From a bacterium (lineage in GTDB: Bacteria; Patescibacteriota; Minisyncoccia; Moranbacterales; UBA2206), in the NCBI GenBank assembly GCA_030654225.1, contig JAURXY010000003.1, positions 16,056-80,055 of the forward strand: a DNA stretch of 64,000 bases, in the 5' to 3' direction. Position numbers and translations under genes: made by a program. Shown one piece after another: positions 1-9,091 of this stretch. Every line of letters begins with the position of its first letter. The first letter of the stretch is position 1. The notes beneath the pieces were generated by a model. That model searched no databases, had not been told where the DNA came from, and saw nothing but the letters and a program-made list of their open reading frames with translations.

Positions 1-1
1 A

Positions 2-121
2 CAATATGTGAAACTTTCCGACACAATAAAAGGCTTCAAAATGATTCTGGATGGACAAATGGATGAAGTGGCGGAACAAGACTTCTATATGAAGGGCAGT
101 ATAACTGAAGTTAAAAAATAA
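2..121 (+). CDS. atpD: F1 ATP synthase beta subunit, C-terminal end (partial)
   Basis: Frame 2 reads [39 protein letters not shown], matching the AtpD C-terminus; directly upstream of atpC. Confidence 0.93.
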   Translation, partial: QYVKLSDTIKGFKMILDGQMDEVAEQDFYMKGSITEVKK

Positions 122-135
122 ATTTTTAACTTCAG

Positions 136-166
136 AATTTCTAATTTCTAATTTCTAATTTCTAAT
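136..166 (+). repeat. Heptamer tandem repeat (AATTTCT)x4
   Basis: aatttct aatttct aatttct aatttct aat between atpD and atpC. Confidence 0.9.
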
Positions 167-605
167 GGAGAATTTAAAAATAAAATTCAAAATAGTCACT
201 CCTGAAAAAACTGTTTTCGAAGATGTTGTTGATCAGGCGACTTTGCCGACCACGGATGGGGAAATAACAATCCTGCCAAATCATCGTAGTTATATTTCCA
301 GTTTGAAAGCGGGAGAATTGATGCTTCGAAAAGGCGAGGAAGAAATTTTGCTTTCTATTTCTGGTGGATTTATTGAATTTCACGGCAATGAATTGATTAT
401 TTTGGCCGACACAGCTGAACGAGCGGAAGAAATTGATTTAGTTCGCGCCAAAGAAGGCCGAAAGAAAGCCGAAGAGCTGAAAAACCAAGTTGTTTCAATG
501 GATGAAAATGAATATGCTCGCGTAGCGGCCGCCATCCAAAAAGAATCCGCTCGAATTCGTGTGGCCAGAAAACATCACACAAGAAGAAGTATAAAAACAG
601 ACTAA
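165..605 (+). CDS. atpC: ATP synthase epsilon subunit
   Basis: IVTPE, GEITILPNH, SGGFIE, ILADTAERAEEID motifs. Confidence 0.95.
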   Translation: MENLKIKFKIVTPEKTVFEDVVDQATLPTTDGEITILPNHRSYISSLKAGELMLRKGEEEILLSISGGFIEFHGNELIILADTAERAEEIDLVRAKEGRKKAEELKNQVVSMDENEYARVAAAIQKESARIRVARKHHTRRSIKTD

Positions 606-616
606 TTTTTTATATT

Positions 617-1639
617 ATGAAAAGCAAAATAAATTTACTAATCGAACTTAACAAGAAACATTCCGAATTATTTTGCAGTCAAAAACTGGAGCGTGATTTA
701 TATAGAGCAAAACACCCAACCAATGTAGTGGCTTTTAAATGTATGGATGGACGCATCCATCTTCCGGTTATCACGCAAACTCCATTGGGAATCATCAGTC
801 CTTTTCGCAATATGGGTGGCAGATTTGATTTAGGTTGGCCACTTCTCAATGTTTCTTTTGATGAATCTGTAACTCAGGCGGTTAAAAAAGGATCGCGAAC
901 ATTAGTCCTGGTAACCTATCATTTTTCCAAAGGAGATGTTCACAGAGGCTGTGCCGGTTTCAATTATGATTGTGAAGAATCAAAGAGATCTACAGCAAAT
1001 TTCAGAGATCAGATAAGAAGAATTTATGGGGTGGAAAATCAAGTTGTCTTTCCGGTTTTGATTGGAATTGAAACTGACAAAGATGCTCTGATTTTGCATG
1101 GAGATAATGGAGAGGTTGTTGATGTAAGCACACTAAAAAAGTCAGACGAAGAAAGTTTGCTAACAATTATTCATAGGCTTTTTCCCAATATGCCGGAACG
1201 AATTGTTTTGGATTTCTTGCCAATTATTGCAGGAAATCTAAATCAAATCGGAGAAACAAAAAAACAAAAAATGGAAGCTCAGTTGGCTCATGGTGAATGG
1301 GTTTTGGCAGTGGGAAAAGGTTTTGATTGGCTTCACACTCCGAATATGGCGATGATTGTCGGGCCGTATGATCCTAATATTGGTGAGCCAATTAAGACCG
1401 CGGCGGGTATTATCAAATCCAATTGGGAATCAGGCAGGATTGAAAAAGGGATTGTTATTTTAGCCTCGGCTCTTTATAGTGATGCAGCTGATCGAGCAAG
1501 AACGCAAGAACGAGCGATTTTTATGAAAAAGCTATCGGAAGATATTATGGCTAAAAATTATCCGGAAATGATGAAATATATGAATTCAATAGCGGTGGTG
1601 GTAAACTCAAATACTATGAAAATGGAAGTGATTGAATAA
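617..1639 (+). CDS. Beta-class carbonic anhydrase, CsoSCA-like
   Basis: Zn-ligand-like motifs FKCMDGR and YHFSKGDVHRGCAG. Confidence 0.7.
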   Translation: MKSKINLLIELNKKHSELFCSQKLERDLYRAKHPTNVVAFKCMDGRIHLPVITQTPLGIISPFRNMGGRFDLGWPLLNVSFDESVTQAVKKGSRTLVLVTYHFSKGDVHRGCAGFNYDCEESKRSTANFRDQIRRIYGVENQVVFPVLIGIETDKDALILHGDNGEVVDVSTLKKSDEESLLTIIHRLFPNMPERIVLDFLPIIAGNLNQIGETKKQKMEAQLAHGEWVLAVGKGFDWLHTPNMAMIVGPYDPNIGEPIKTAAGIIKSNWESGRIEKGIVILASALYSDAADRARTQERAIFMKKLSEDIMAKNYPEMMKYMNSIAVVVNSNTMKMEVIE

Positions 1640-1654
1640 TGCAGGTGCGCTCGG

Positions 1655-1685
1655 TTGACAATTTTTTTTAGGGGAGTAATATAAT
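1655..1685 (+). promoter_or_regulatory. Putative sigma70 promoter for the Ehr operon
   Basis: TTGACA at 1655 and TATAAT at 1680; the 19-nt spacer is long. Confidence 0.45.
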
Positions 1686-1762
1686 AGGTGTTTGAGATAA
1701 AATAACTTGGTATATTTTAATTTCGGGTAATTCCGCTTTTTTATTTGTTTTAATTTTCTATT

Positions 1763-2305
1763 ATGAAAGCTTTCAGATTAATAAATATTTTATTGTTTAG
1801 CAAGAAAGTTACTGAGAAAAAGAAAGCTTTTTTTTCGTCCGATAAAGACAAATCTTTTGAAAAAGCAGGGCGGGAGATAAAAGAAATTATTGGGAATCTG
1901 TATGGCGGAAGATCGTTGCGCATTAGAGCGGTGGATGCTGGTTCGACTAATGCCGAAGAAATAGAGCTGACTGCTCTTGGCAACGCCTATTATGATATTG
2001 ACCGATTTGGTTTGAGCTTTGTGGCTTCTCCGCGTCACGCCGATATGTTATTTGTGAGTGGTCCAGTGACGAGAAATCTTGAGAAAGCTTTGCTTACTAC
2101 CTATGAGGCTATGCCAAAGCCTTGCATCGTGGTGGCAATTGGAGACGGTGCTTGTACGGGTGGAATTTGGAAAGATTCTTATGCAGTGGTGGGTCCAGTA
2201 GAAAATGTGATCCCAGTACATTTGAAAATTCCTGGGGATCCGCCTTCGCCAACCGAGATGCTTGTTGGAATACTTCATGCGTTAAAGAATGGAAGCGTCA
2301 ACTAA
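1763..2305 (+). CDS. NuoB/HyfI-like small subunit of Ehr complex, Fe-S cysteines substituted
   Basis: VDAGS, DIDRFG, ASPRHAD, GPVT, YEAMPKP, IPGDPP motifs. Confidence 0.88.
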   Translation: MKAFRLINILLFSKKVTEKKKAFFSSDKDKSFEKAGREIKEIIGNLYGGRSLRIRAVDAGSTNAEEIELTALGNAYYDIDRFGLSFVASPRHADMLFVSGPVTRNLEKALLTTYEAMPKPCIVVAIGDGACTGGIWKDSYAVVGPVENVIPVHLKIPGDPPSPTEMLVGILHALKNGSVN

Positions 2306-4301
2306 ATATATGCTAGAAAATTATATCATTTTTGGAATAGAAATTTATTTTGCCGGTTTGATTTTATCGGCGTTGTTAGCTTTTTTGAATAAATCTTTTA
2401 AGAGCGGAACAAAATTATTTATTTTTTCCAATGGAATTGGTTTTTTGTCAATAATTTTTTATTTTTTATTTTTTTCAAAAGAAACTCTTGTTCTCGCTCA
2501 ATTTAATTGGTTTTTTGAATTTACTCCAAGATTGAATTTTCTTTCCGCGCTTTTCTTTGCAATTATAAGTGGCGTTTCTTGCTTGGTGGGAATTTATAGT
2601 TTGCGATATTTGGAACTTTATAAAAATGATTATAGTCCTCATACAGTTCAATGTTTAATGTCCGGATTTGTTTTAGGAATGCAAGGTGTTCTTTTGTCGA
2701 ATAATGCCTTTGTTTTCTTGCTTTTTTGGGAAGTGATGTCGATCGCTTCATTTTTCTTGGTTTTTTCCGATAAAAAAGAGGAATCAATCAAAGCGGCCTT
2801 CACATACTTCATCATGACTCATTTAGGCGCTTCAGCAATTTTGGGTGGCTTTTTGATTCTAGGTCAAGGCACACTTATTTTTAATTTGGATAATATAACC
2901 ATTGCTTCTCAAAACTTATCGCCGAATTTTTCAAATTTGGCTTTCTTGCTTTTTGTTTTTGGCTTTGGTTCTAAAGCAGGATTGGTGCCTTTCCATGTGT
3001 GGCTTCCCGAAGCTCATCCTCAAGCTCCGAGTAATATTTCAGCGATGATGAGCGGACTGATGCTGAAAGTATCGGTCTATGGATTTATTATGATTATTTT
3101 GAATTTTGTCAATATTCCTGGTTGGGCGGGACTTATTGTTTTATTCCTAGGAATTTTGTCGGGGATGGTAGGGGTTTTATATGCAGTAGTAGAAAGAGAT
3201 ATGAAAAAAGCATTTGCTTATAGCAGTATAGAAAATATGGGCATTATTTTTACAATGCTCGGGCTAGCGATTTATTTATTATCTTTTGGTAACTATCAAA
3301 TAGTGGCTTATTCCATAATCGCTTTTGCTATTTTCCACGCGCTGAATCATGCCCTGTTTAAATCAGCGCTTTTTCTTTCCAGTGGAATAATAATAAACCG
3401 AGTGCATACTAAAAGTTTGGAAATGATGGGTGGGATTGCCAAGTTGATGCCGATTTTCAGCTTGGCTTTTCTTCTCGCTATTTTGGGATCTTTACCGTTG
3501 CCATTATTTGGAACTTTTTATGGAGAATGGGGTCTTATTCGAAACAGCTTAACCTTAATGGGGGAATCAAGTGTTAGCTCGAATACGGTTATTCTATTAC
3601 TAGCTGTTATTTCTTTTGTGGCGATGATCAGCGGGCTGGCGATTTTTGCGATGGTAAAAATTTTTGGTATTTCAATGTTAGGATTACCACATAACCCTCA
3701 TATGGAAAAAAGAAATGAGCGTGCCGATTTTCTTTTGATTGTGCCGGTGCTTTTTTTGGCCGGTGGAGTGATTGTTTTTGGTTTTTTGGCAAAATTTATT
3801 ATTTTTCATATAACAAATTATTTGCAAACAGTTAATTTTTATTCTGCTCATACAATAACTTCTCCGATGGATATTTCTTCATTCTGGATAAGTGGCGCGA
3901 TTATTTTTACTGGCTTGGTAGTATATATTTTCCAAAAAATATTATTAAAAAATAAAAAGGAGCGAAGTTATCACACTTGGGACTGTGGTCAACCAATTGA
4001 TGCAACAATGCAATATAGCGCCACCGCTTTTTCTGCTCCGATAAGATTTTTCTTTCTTTCCTTTATCGGTAGAAAAAAATCAATGCAGTCAACTCCTATA
4101 GTAGAAACAAATCCTTGGATCAGAAAATATAACTTTGAGCTGTCTATTCGTTCGACTTGGAATGATGCGCTGTATGCTCCGATTGCGAAAAGTTTGCATT
4201 TTATGGCTGAGAAAATACGCTTTATTCAAAATGGTCGCATCCAATATTATATTTTGTTTCTCCTCGGCGCTCTAATTATCACTTTAATTTTTGCTTTATG
4301 A
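2289..4301 (+). CDS. HyfB-like proton-conducting antiporter subunit
   Basis: FWEVMS, KAGLVPFHVWLPEAHPQAPS, AYSSIENMG, WDCG, MQYSATAF motifs; multi-TM. Confidence 0.9.
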   Translation: MEASTKYMLENYIIFGIEIYFAGLILSALLAFLNKSFKSGTKLFIFSNGIGFLSIIFYFLFFSKETLVLAQFNWFFEFTPRLNFLSALFFAIISGVSCLVGIYSLRYLELYKNDYSPHTVQCLMSGFVLGMQGVLLSNNAFVFLLFWEVMSIASFFLVFSDKKEESIKAAFTYFIMTHLGASAILGGFLILGQGTLIFNLDNITIASQNLSPNFSNLAFLLFVFGFGSKAGLVPFHVWLPEAHPQAPSNISAMMSGLMLKVSVYGFIMIILNFVNIPGWAGLIVLFLGILSGMVGVLYAVVERDMKKAFAYSSIENMGIIFTMLGLAIYLLSFGNYQIVAYSIIAFAIFHALNHALFKSALFLSSGIIINRVHTKSLEMMGGIAKLMPIFSLAFLLAILGSLPLPLFGTFYGEWGLIRNSLTLMGESSVSSNTVILLLAVISFVAMISGLAIFAMVKIFGISMLGLPHNPHMEKRNERADFLLIVPVLFLAGGVIVFGFLAKFIIFHITNYLQTVNFYSAHTITSPMDISSFWISGAIIFTGLVVYIFQKILLKNKKERSYHTWDCGQPIDATMQYSATAFSAPIRFFFLSFIGRKKSMQSTPIVETNPWIRKYNFELSIRSTWNDALYAPIAKSLHFMAEKIRFIQNGRIQYYILFLLGALIITLIFAL

Positions 4302-5893
4302 GCCAAATAATAATCATATTAATCCAAGTCATTTTTATTTTAGCCGTAGCTCCGCTTGCTTCAGGCTTGGTGCGTTTTTTTAAGGCGCGTCTTCAAGGTA
4401 GAGATGGAGCTTCGCCTTTTTTACCGTACGTTACTTTGGCTACATTATTGCGCAAAGAAATGGTTATATCAGAGACTACCTCTTGGATTTTTAGGATAGT
4501 GCCTTTTGTAGTTTTTGGAAGCGTTCTTTTTCTGTCCGCTTTTATGCCACTTATTTTCAGAGGAATGAGCGTGCCTTTTTTTAGTGATTTTTTGGTTATT
4601 GCTGGAGTATTGGTGATCGGTTCAATTTTTTTAGTGTTGGGAGGCTTGGATGCCGGTAGTGCTTTTGGAGGAATGGGATCTAGTCGGGAAATGACAATTT
4701 CTGCTCTCATCGAACCGGTTATGATTTTAGTTTTTTCCGCCGTTAGTTTTTCAACTAAGGAATTTACAATTGATGGAATGTTGTCTAGCCAGACATTATT
4801 CCAACCATATTTAATATTGACCATAGTAGCTTTGATATTAGTGGCATTAGCAGAAAATGCTCGTTATCCGGTGGATAATCCCGCTACTCATCTTGAGCTC
4901 ACGATGGTGCATGAAGCGATGCTTTTGGAATATTCCGGAAAATATTTAGCCATACTCGAATATGCTTCTGCTATAAAGTTAGTTATTTTTTCTTTACTTA
5001 TCTCAAATTTTGTTTTTCCTTCCTTGCTTGTGGGAGCAGTTTCATGGAGCATAGGTTCTCTGATGACTATTTTATTTTTTAGTCTAATAAAAATCATCAT
5101 AGCTATGTTAGCACTGGCCTTTATTGAATCCGTTCTGGTTAAGATGCGATTTTACAGAATGTCAGAATATTTTTCCGTAGCTTTTGTGGTGGCTTTTCTT
5201 GGCATGGGCGCAACACTTATGTCCAAATTTACTAATATGGTTATAGAATATCATACTATGTTTTCGCTTTTTACGGTGGTGTGTATCGTGATTCTTTTTG
5301 GTCGAGTGCGTTTGAAAGCGATTTTGCGTTACTATGCCTTTTCTTCTTTAGCCATTGCCGGAATTGCTTGGGGACTAATTCCTTTAGTTTCCGAAACGGA
5401 AAAAATTCATCTATGGTTATTTGCAATTTTCACAATTATTACCAAGGCAATAGCAGTGCCGTATGTCATTAACCGTTCCAGCCATGTCAAAAAAAGTTTG
5501 ACAAACCTACCTTCATTTTTGCGTCCGGGAAAGAGCTATTTTTTAGCAGTTATTCTTTTGGTTATAACCTATTTTACTTTGGAAAATGTTTCTATTATAG
5601 GGCTGGCTAAATGGAGTTCATTGCTCTATTGCGCCGTCACTTTGATTGTTTTAGGCATAGCAATGATGATTATCAAGCGAAATATTTTTTCTCAGATTAT
5701 CGGTCTTCTGGTGATTGAAAATGGTATTGCAGTTTTTGTTTTGGCTACTGTTGGATCTCTTCCAATTACGATTGAATTTGGCATTTTTGCAGTAACTGTT
5801 GCTACGGCATATATTTTGGCTATATTAAGTGGGCAAATTAGTGATTTATATGGAAGCACCGACACGGAAGATTTACGAGAACTAGCTGAATAA
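4298..5893 (+). CDS. Fused HyfC (NuoH-like) and HyfE membrane protein
   Basis: N-part ARLQGR, FGGMGSSRE, PVDNPATHLELTMVHEAM, EYSG; C-part SQIIGLLVIENG as in HyfE. Confidence 0.87.
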   Translation: MSQIIIILIQVIFILAVAPLASGLVRFFKARLQGRDGASPFLPYVTLATLLRKEMVISETTSWIFRIVPFVVFGSVLFLSAFMPLIFRGMSVPFFSDFLVIAGVLVIGSIFLVLGGLDAGSAFGGMGSSREMTISALIEPVMILVFSAVSFSTKEFTIDGMLSSQTLFQPYLILTIVALILVALAENARYPVDNPATHLELTMVHEAMLLEYSGKYLAILEYASAIKLVIFSLLISNFVFPSLLVGAVSWSIGSLMTILFFSLIKIIIAMLALAFIESVLVKMRFYRMSEYFSVAFVVAFLGMGATLMSKFTNMVIEYHTMFSLFTVVCIVILFGRVRLKAILRYYAFSSLAIAGIAWGLIPLVSETEKIHLWLFAIFTIITKAIAVPYVINRSSHVKKSLTNLPSFLRPGKSYFLAVILLVITYFTLENVSIIGLAKWSSLLYCAVTLIVLGIAMMIIKRNIFSQIIGLLVIENGIAVFVLATVGSLPITIEFGIFAVTVATAYILAILSGQISDLYGSTDTEDLRELAE

Positions 5894-5917
5894 TTTATTT
5901 TTAAGTCTTAAATTTTT

Positions 5918-7399
5918 ATGAATCCAAATATTCTAATCATTCCATTTATACTAGCTTTCATTTTTTCGGTTGTTGCAAAAAATGAAAAAGTAGCGCGACT
6001 AAGCAATCTAGTATTTTCTTTGATTGGAGGATCGGCTTTGATTTTTTATGCAACGTCTTTTCTTATTTTCTCTCAAAATAAATTAATAAGTTCATGGTGG
6101 AGAATGGATGATTTTTCTGCTTTAATGGTAATTCTTATTGCAATTATTTATATCTTTTGCGTGATAATTAGTTTTCGCTATATCGGACATGAGTATGAGG
6201 AAAAAATTATCACCCTGTATCAGTATAAGTTATATTTTGCATTGTTTCAGCTATTTGCATTGTGTATGATTCTGGTTATTTTCACTAATAATTCGTTATT
6301 GCTTTGGTTGGCGCTGGAAGGAACAACTCTTTTCTCCACTTTTTTAGTTGGATTGTATCGTAAAAAAACCAGCATAGAAGCCGCTTGGAAATATATGATT
6401 CTTTGCTCGACTGGCATTAGTTTGGGTTTGGTGGGGATTTTGCTTTTGAGCTATGGCGCTCATGTCGGCGGAGTGGCGGAAGGTAATATTTTTTTATTAA
6501 ATCATCTGGCTGATAATGCCCAACTTATTCCAAAAAATATCATAAAATTAGCTTTCATATTTTTATTCATTGGCTTTGGAACAAAAGTTGGTTTGGCGCC
6601 AATGCATACTTGGCTTCCGGATGCTCACAGCAAGGCGCCATCTCCTATCTCGGCTATTTTTTCAGCAGTTCTTTTGAATGTTGCGCTCTATGCCATCCTA
6701 CGTTTTAAATTTATTACTGATAGTGCTTTTATGGATGCATCTTGGACGAATAATTTATTTTTGATTTTCGGTTTTTGCTCGGTGATTTTAGCGGCATTTA
6801 TGATGCTTATTCAAACAAACTATAAAAGGATGCTGGCCTATTCCAGTATCGAGCATATGGGAATAATTCTTTTTTCTCTGGGGCTTTCTCCGATTGGTGC
6901 GGTGGCTGGCGTGATGCATATGATTGGACACACCTTTGCCAAGTCGGCTTTGTTTTTTGGAGCAGGTGAAATTTTGATTCGATGGAAAACGACAAAAATT
7001 TCCAAGATAAAAAATATGTTCAAATATGCAAGATATACTAGCATTCTTTTTATCCTAGGAATCGTGGCAATTATTGCTATTCCGCCTTCAGCTTTGTTTG
7101 TGAGTGAATATGGTATGTTTGCTCAAGCAATTATTTTCCATCCGGTGGCGTCCCTCTTTTTGTTTATTGCTTTGAGTATTATTGCCTATGCTATGCTGTC
7201 TATTTCGATCAGAATGATTTTTGACACTGAAGAAGAAGTTTCAGAAAATAAGCTGGGAAAAGAAAAATGGAACATCACGCATACGATAATTGTTTTGGAA
7301 ATTTGCGTGTTGATATTTTTAGCCTTTTGGTTTACAACTGGAAACGCAATGGAGATAACTAATAATATAGTAAAAGATTTTTTATTTATTAAACAGTAG
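5918..7399 (+). CDS. HyfF-like antiporter subunit
   Basis: EAAWKY, GTKVGLAPMHTWLPDAHSKAPSP, KRMLAYSSIEHMG. Confidence 0.9.
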   Translation: MNPNILIIPFILAFIFSVVAKNEKVARLSNLVFSLIGGSALIFYATSFLIFSQNKLISSWWRMDDFSALMVILIAIIYIFCVIISFRYIGHEYEEKIITLYQYKLYFALFQLFALCMILVIFTNNSLLLWLALEGTTLFSTFLVGLYRKKTSIEAAWKYMILCSTGISLGLVGILLLSYGAHVGGVAEGNIFLLNHLADNAQLIPKNIIKLAFIFLFIGFGTKVGLAPMHTWLPDAHSKAPSPISAIFSAVLLNVALYAILRFKFITDSAFMDASWTNNLFLIFGFCSVILAAFMMLIQTNYKRMLAYSSIEHMGIILFSLGLSPIGAVAGVMHMIGHTFAKSALFFGAGEILIRWKTTKISKIKNMFKYARYTSILFILGIVAIIAIPPSALFVSEYGMFAQAIIFHPVASLFLFIALSIIAYAMLSISIRMIFDTEEEVSENKLGKEKWNITHTIIVLEICVLIFLAFWFTTGNAMEITNNIVKDFLFIKQ

Positions 7400-7408
7400 T
7401 TTTATTTT

Positions 7409-8971
7409 ATGAATATTCAAGAAATTATTAAAACTTTTGCAGGAAAAATAACAGATGTAGTCGAAAAGAATGATTTGATATGCGCCAAAGTATCTCGCGA
7501 TGATTTGGCTGATATTTCGACTAAATTATTTCAAGAGTATAAGCTACCGCTATCTCTTCTTTTCGGTACAGATAATCGCAAGAAAAATGGAAATTTTGAA
7601 GTGCATGTTATTTTTAGTTTAGATGACGAACATAAATGGTTGAAAATTTCCGCTGAAGTGCCTGAAAGTGATCTGCAATATCCTTCGTTAACAAAAACGA
7701 TTATGGTGGCGCATTGGTATGAAAGGTATTTACGAGACATGTTTGGCGTTGTTCCTGTTGGACATCCGGACTTGCGAAGATTAGTGCATCATGAAAATAT
7801 TCCAGAAAATACGCATCCTTTACGCAAAGATTTTCAGTGGAATACAAAATTATCCAAAGATAATGTGTCATATCCGATGCATCATGTGACTGGTGAAGGA
7901 ATATTTGAAATTCCGGTTGGACCAATTCATGCGGGTATCATTGAGCCGGGACATTTTCGTTTTAATGTGGCCGGAGAAAGAATTCTAACCCTAGAAGGAA
8001 AATTGTTTTTTACTCATAAAGGAGTGGAGAAATTATTAGAAGGAAAAAATATTGATGAAGCCTTGCCTTTCATTGAAAGAATCTCGGGAGATATGAGTGC
8101 TTCACATTCTTTGGCATATGTGCAGGCGGTGGAAAAAATCAGCGGTTGTGTTGTGTCAAAAAGAGTGCAAATGCTTCGAGCGATTATCACTGAATGTGAG
8201 AGAATCACGATGCATATTCATGATTTGGCCAATATTGGAGGAATGGGAACGGGCTTTAGTTTTATCGCTGCCAATGGATTTCGCATTAAAGAAAGAATGA
8301 TGCGCTTGTCAGCGGATATTTGTGGTAATCGCTTTTGGCGAGGAATGATTGTTCCGGGAGGAATAAAAAGTGATATTAAAAAAGAAAATTTAGAAAAAAT
8401 ATTAGAAATATCACAAGAAGCTTGGAACGAAATAAACAAAATTACTACCGTTGCTTTGGATGACGAAGGCTTTTTGGATCGCTTGCAATATACCGGCGAA
8501 CTTCCCAAAGAAGCAGCCGAGGCTTTTGGCGCAGTCGGTTTTCCGGCACGTGCTTCTGAAATTAATCGAGATGTGCGTCGAGATCATCCATATGCTTCAT
8601 ATGCAGACTTTCCAATCAAGGTTATTACTAAGAAAAGTACTGATGTTTTTGCCCGCTATCGAATAAGGATAAAAGAAATTGAGCAATCAATAATTTTGCT
8701 CAAAACTTTGGTGGAAAAAATAGAGGAAGGAAGTGTTTTTGAAAAATGCGAAGTGAAAGACGGTTTTGCGATTGGCGCTGTTGAATCTTGGAGAGGTGAA
8801 ATTGTTTGCGCTTTGCAAATTAAAAATGGCGTGATTGAAAGATGCTATCCGCGCGACCCGTCTTTTTGTAATTGGGCGCTTTTCGGTATTATGGGTCCTG
8901 GTAATATCGTTCCTGATTTTCCACTCATCAATAAGAGTTTGAATCTGTCGTATTCGGGGAATGATTTGTAA
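7409..8971 (+). CDS. Ehr large subunit (NuoC+NuoD/HycE-like) without NiFe CxxC motifs
   Basis: WYER, GHPDLRRL, HPLRKDF, VGPIHAGIIEPGHFRF, RDPSF, DFPLINKSLNLSYSGNDL. Confidence 0.9.
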   Translation: MNIQEIIKTFAGKITDVVEKNDLICAKVSRDDLADISTKLFQEYKLPLSLLFGTDNRKKNGNFEVHVIFSLDDEHKWLKISAEVPESDLQYPSLTKTIMVAHWYERYLRDMFGVVPVGHPDLRRLVHHENIPENTHPLRKDFQWNTKLSKDNVSYPMHHVTGEGIFEIPVGPIHAGIIEPGHFRFNVAGERILTLEGKLFFTHKGVEKLLEGKNIDEALPFIERISGDMSASHSLAYVQAVEKISGCVVSKRVQMLRAIITECERITMHIHDLANIGGMGTGFSFIAANGFRIKERMMRLSADICGNRFWRGMIVPGGIKSDIKKENLEKILEISQEAWNEINKITTVALDDEGFLDRLQYTGELPKEAAEAFGAVGFPARASEINRDVRRDHPYASYADFPIKVITKKSTDVFARYRIRIKEIEQSIILLKTLVEKIEEGSVFEKCEVKDGFAIGAVESWRGEIVCALQIKNGVIERCYPRDPSFCNWALFGIMGPGNIVPDFPLINKSLNLSYSGNDL

Positions 8972-8994
8972 TTTTAGTTGACAATCTGAGATTT

Positions 8995-9036
8995 AAAACA
9001 GCGTTTTCTGGTATTATTCGGAAAACGCTGTTTTTT
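8995..9036 (+). terminator. Intrinsic terminator after the Ehr operon
   Basis: aaaacagcgttttc / gaaaacgctgtttt stem followed by a T run. Confidence 0.75.
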
Positions 9037-9091
9037 CTTGAAATAAATGAAAAAATGAGATAGAATAGGAAAGTATTAATAAATCTATTTT

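Noticed and set aside
7409-8971. Functional [NiFe]-hydrogenase or formate hydrogenlyase
   Set aside because: Both Ni-binding CxxC motifs are absent and there are no maturation or fdh genes in the window.
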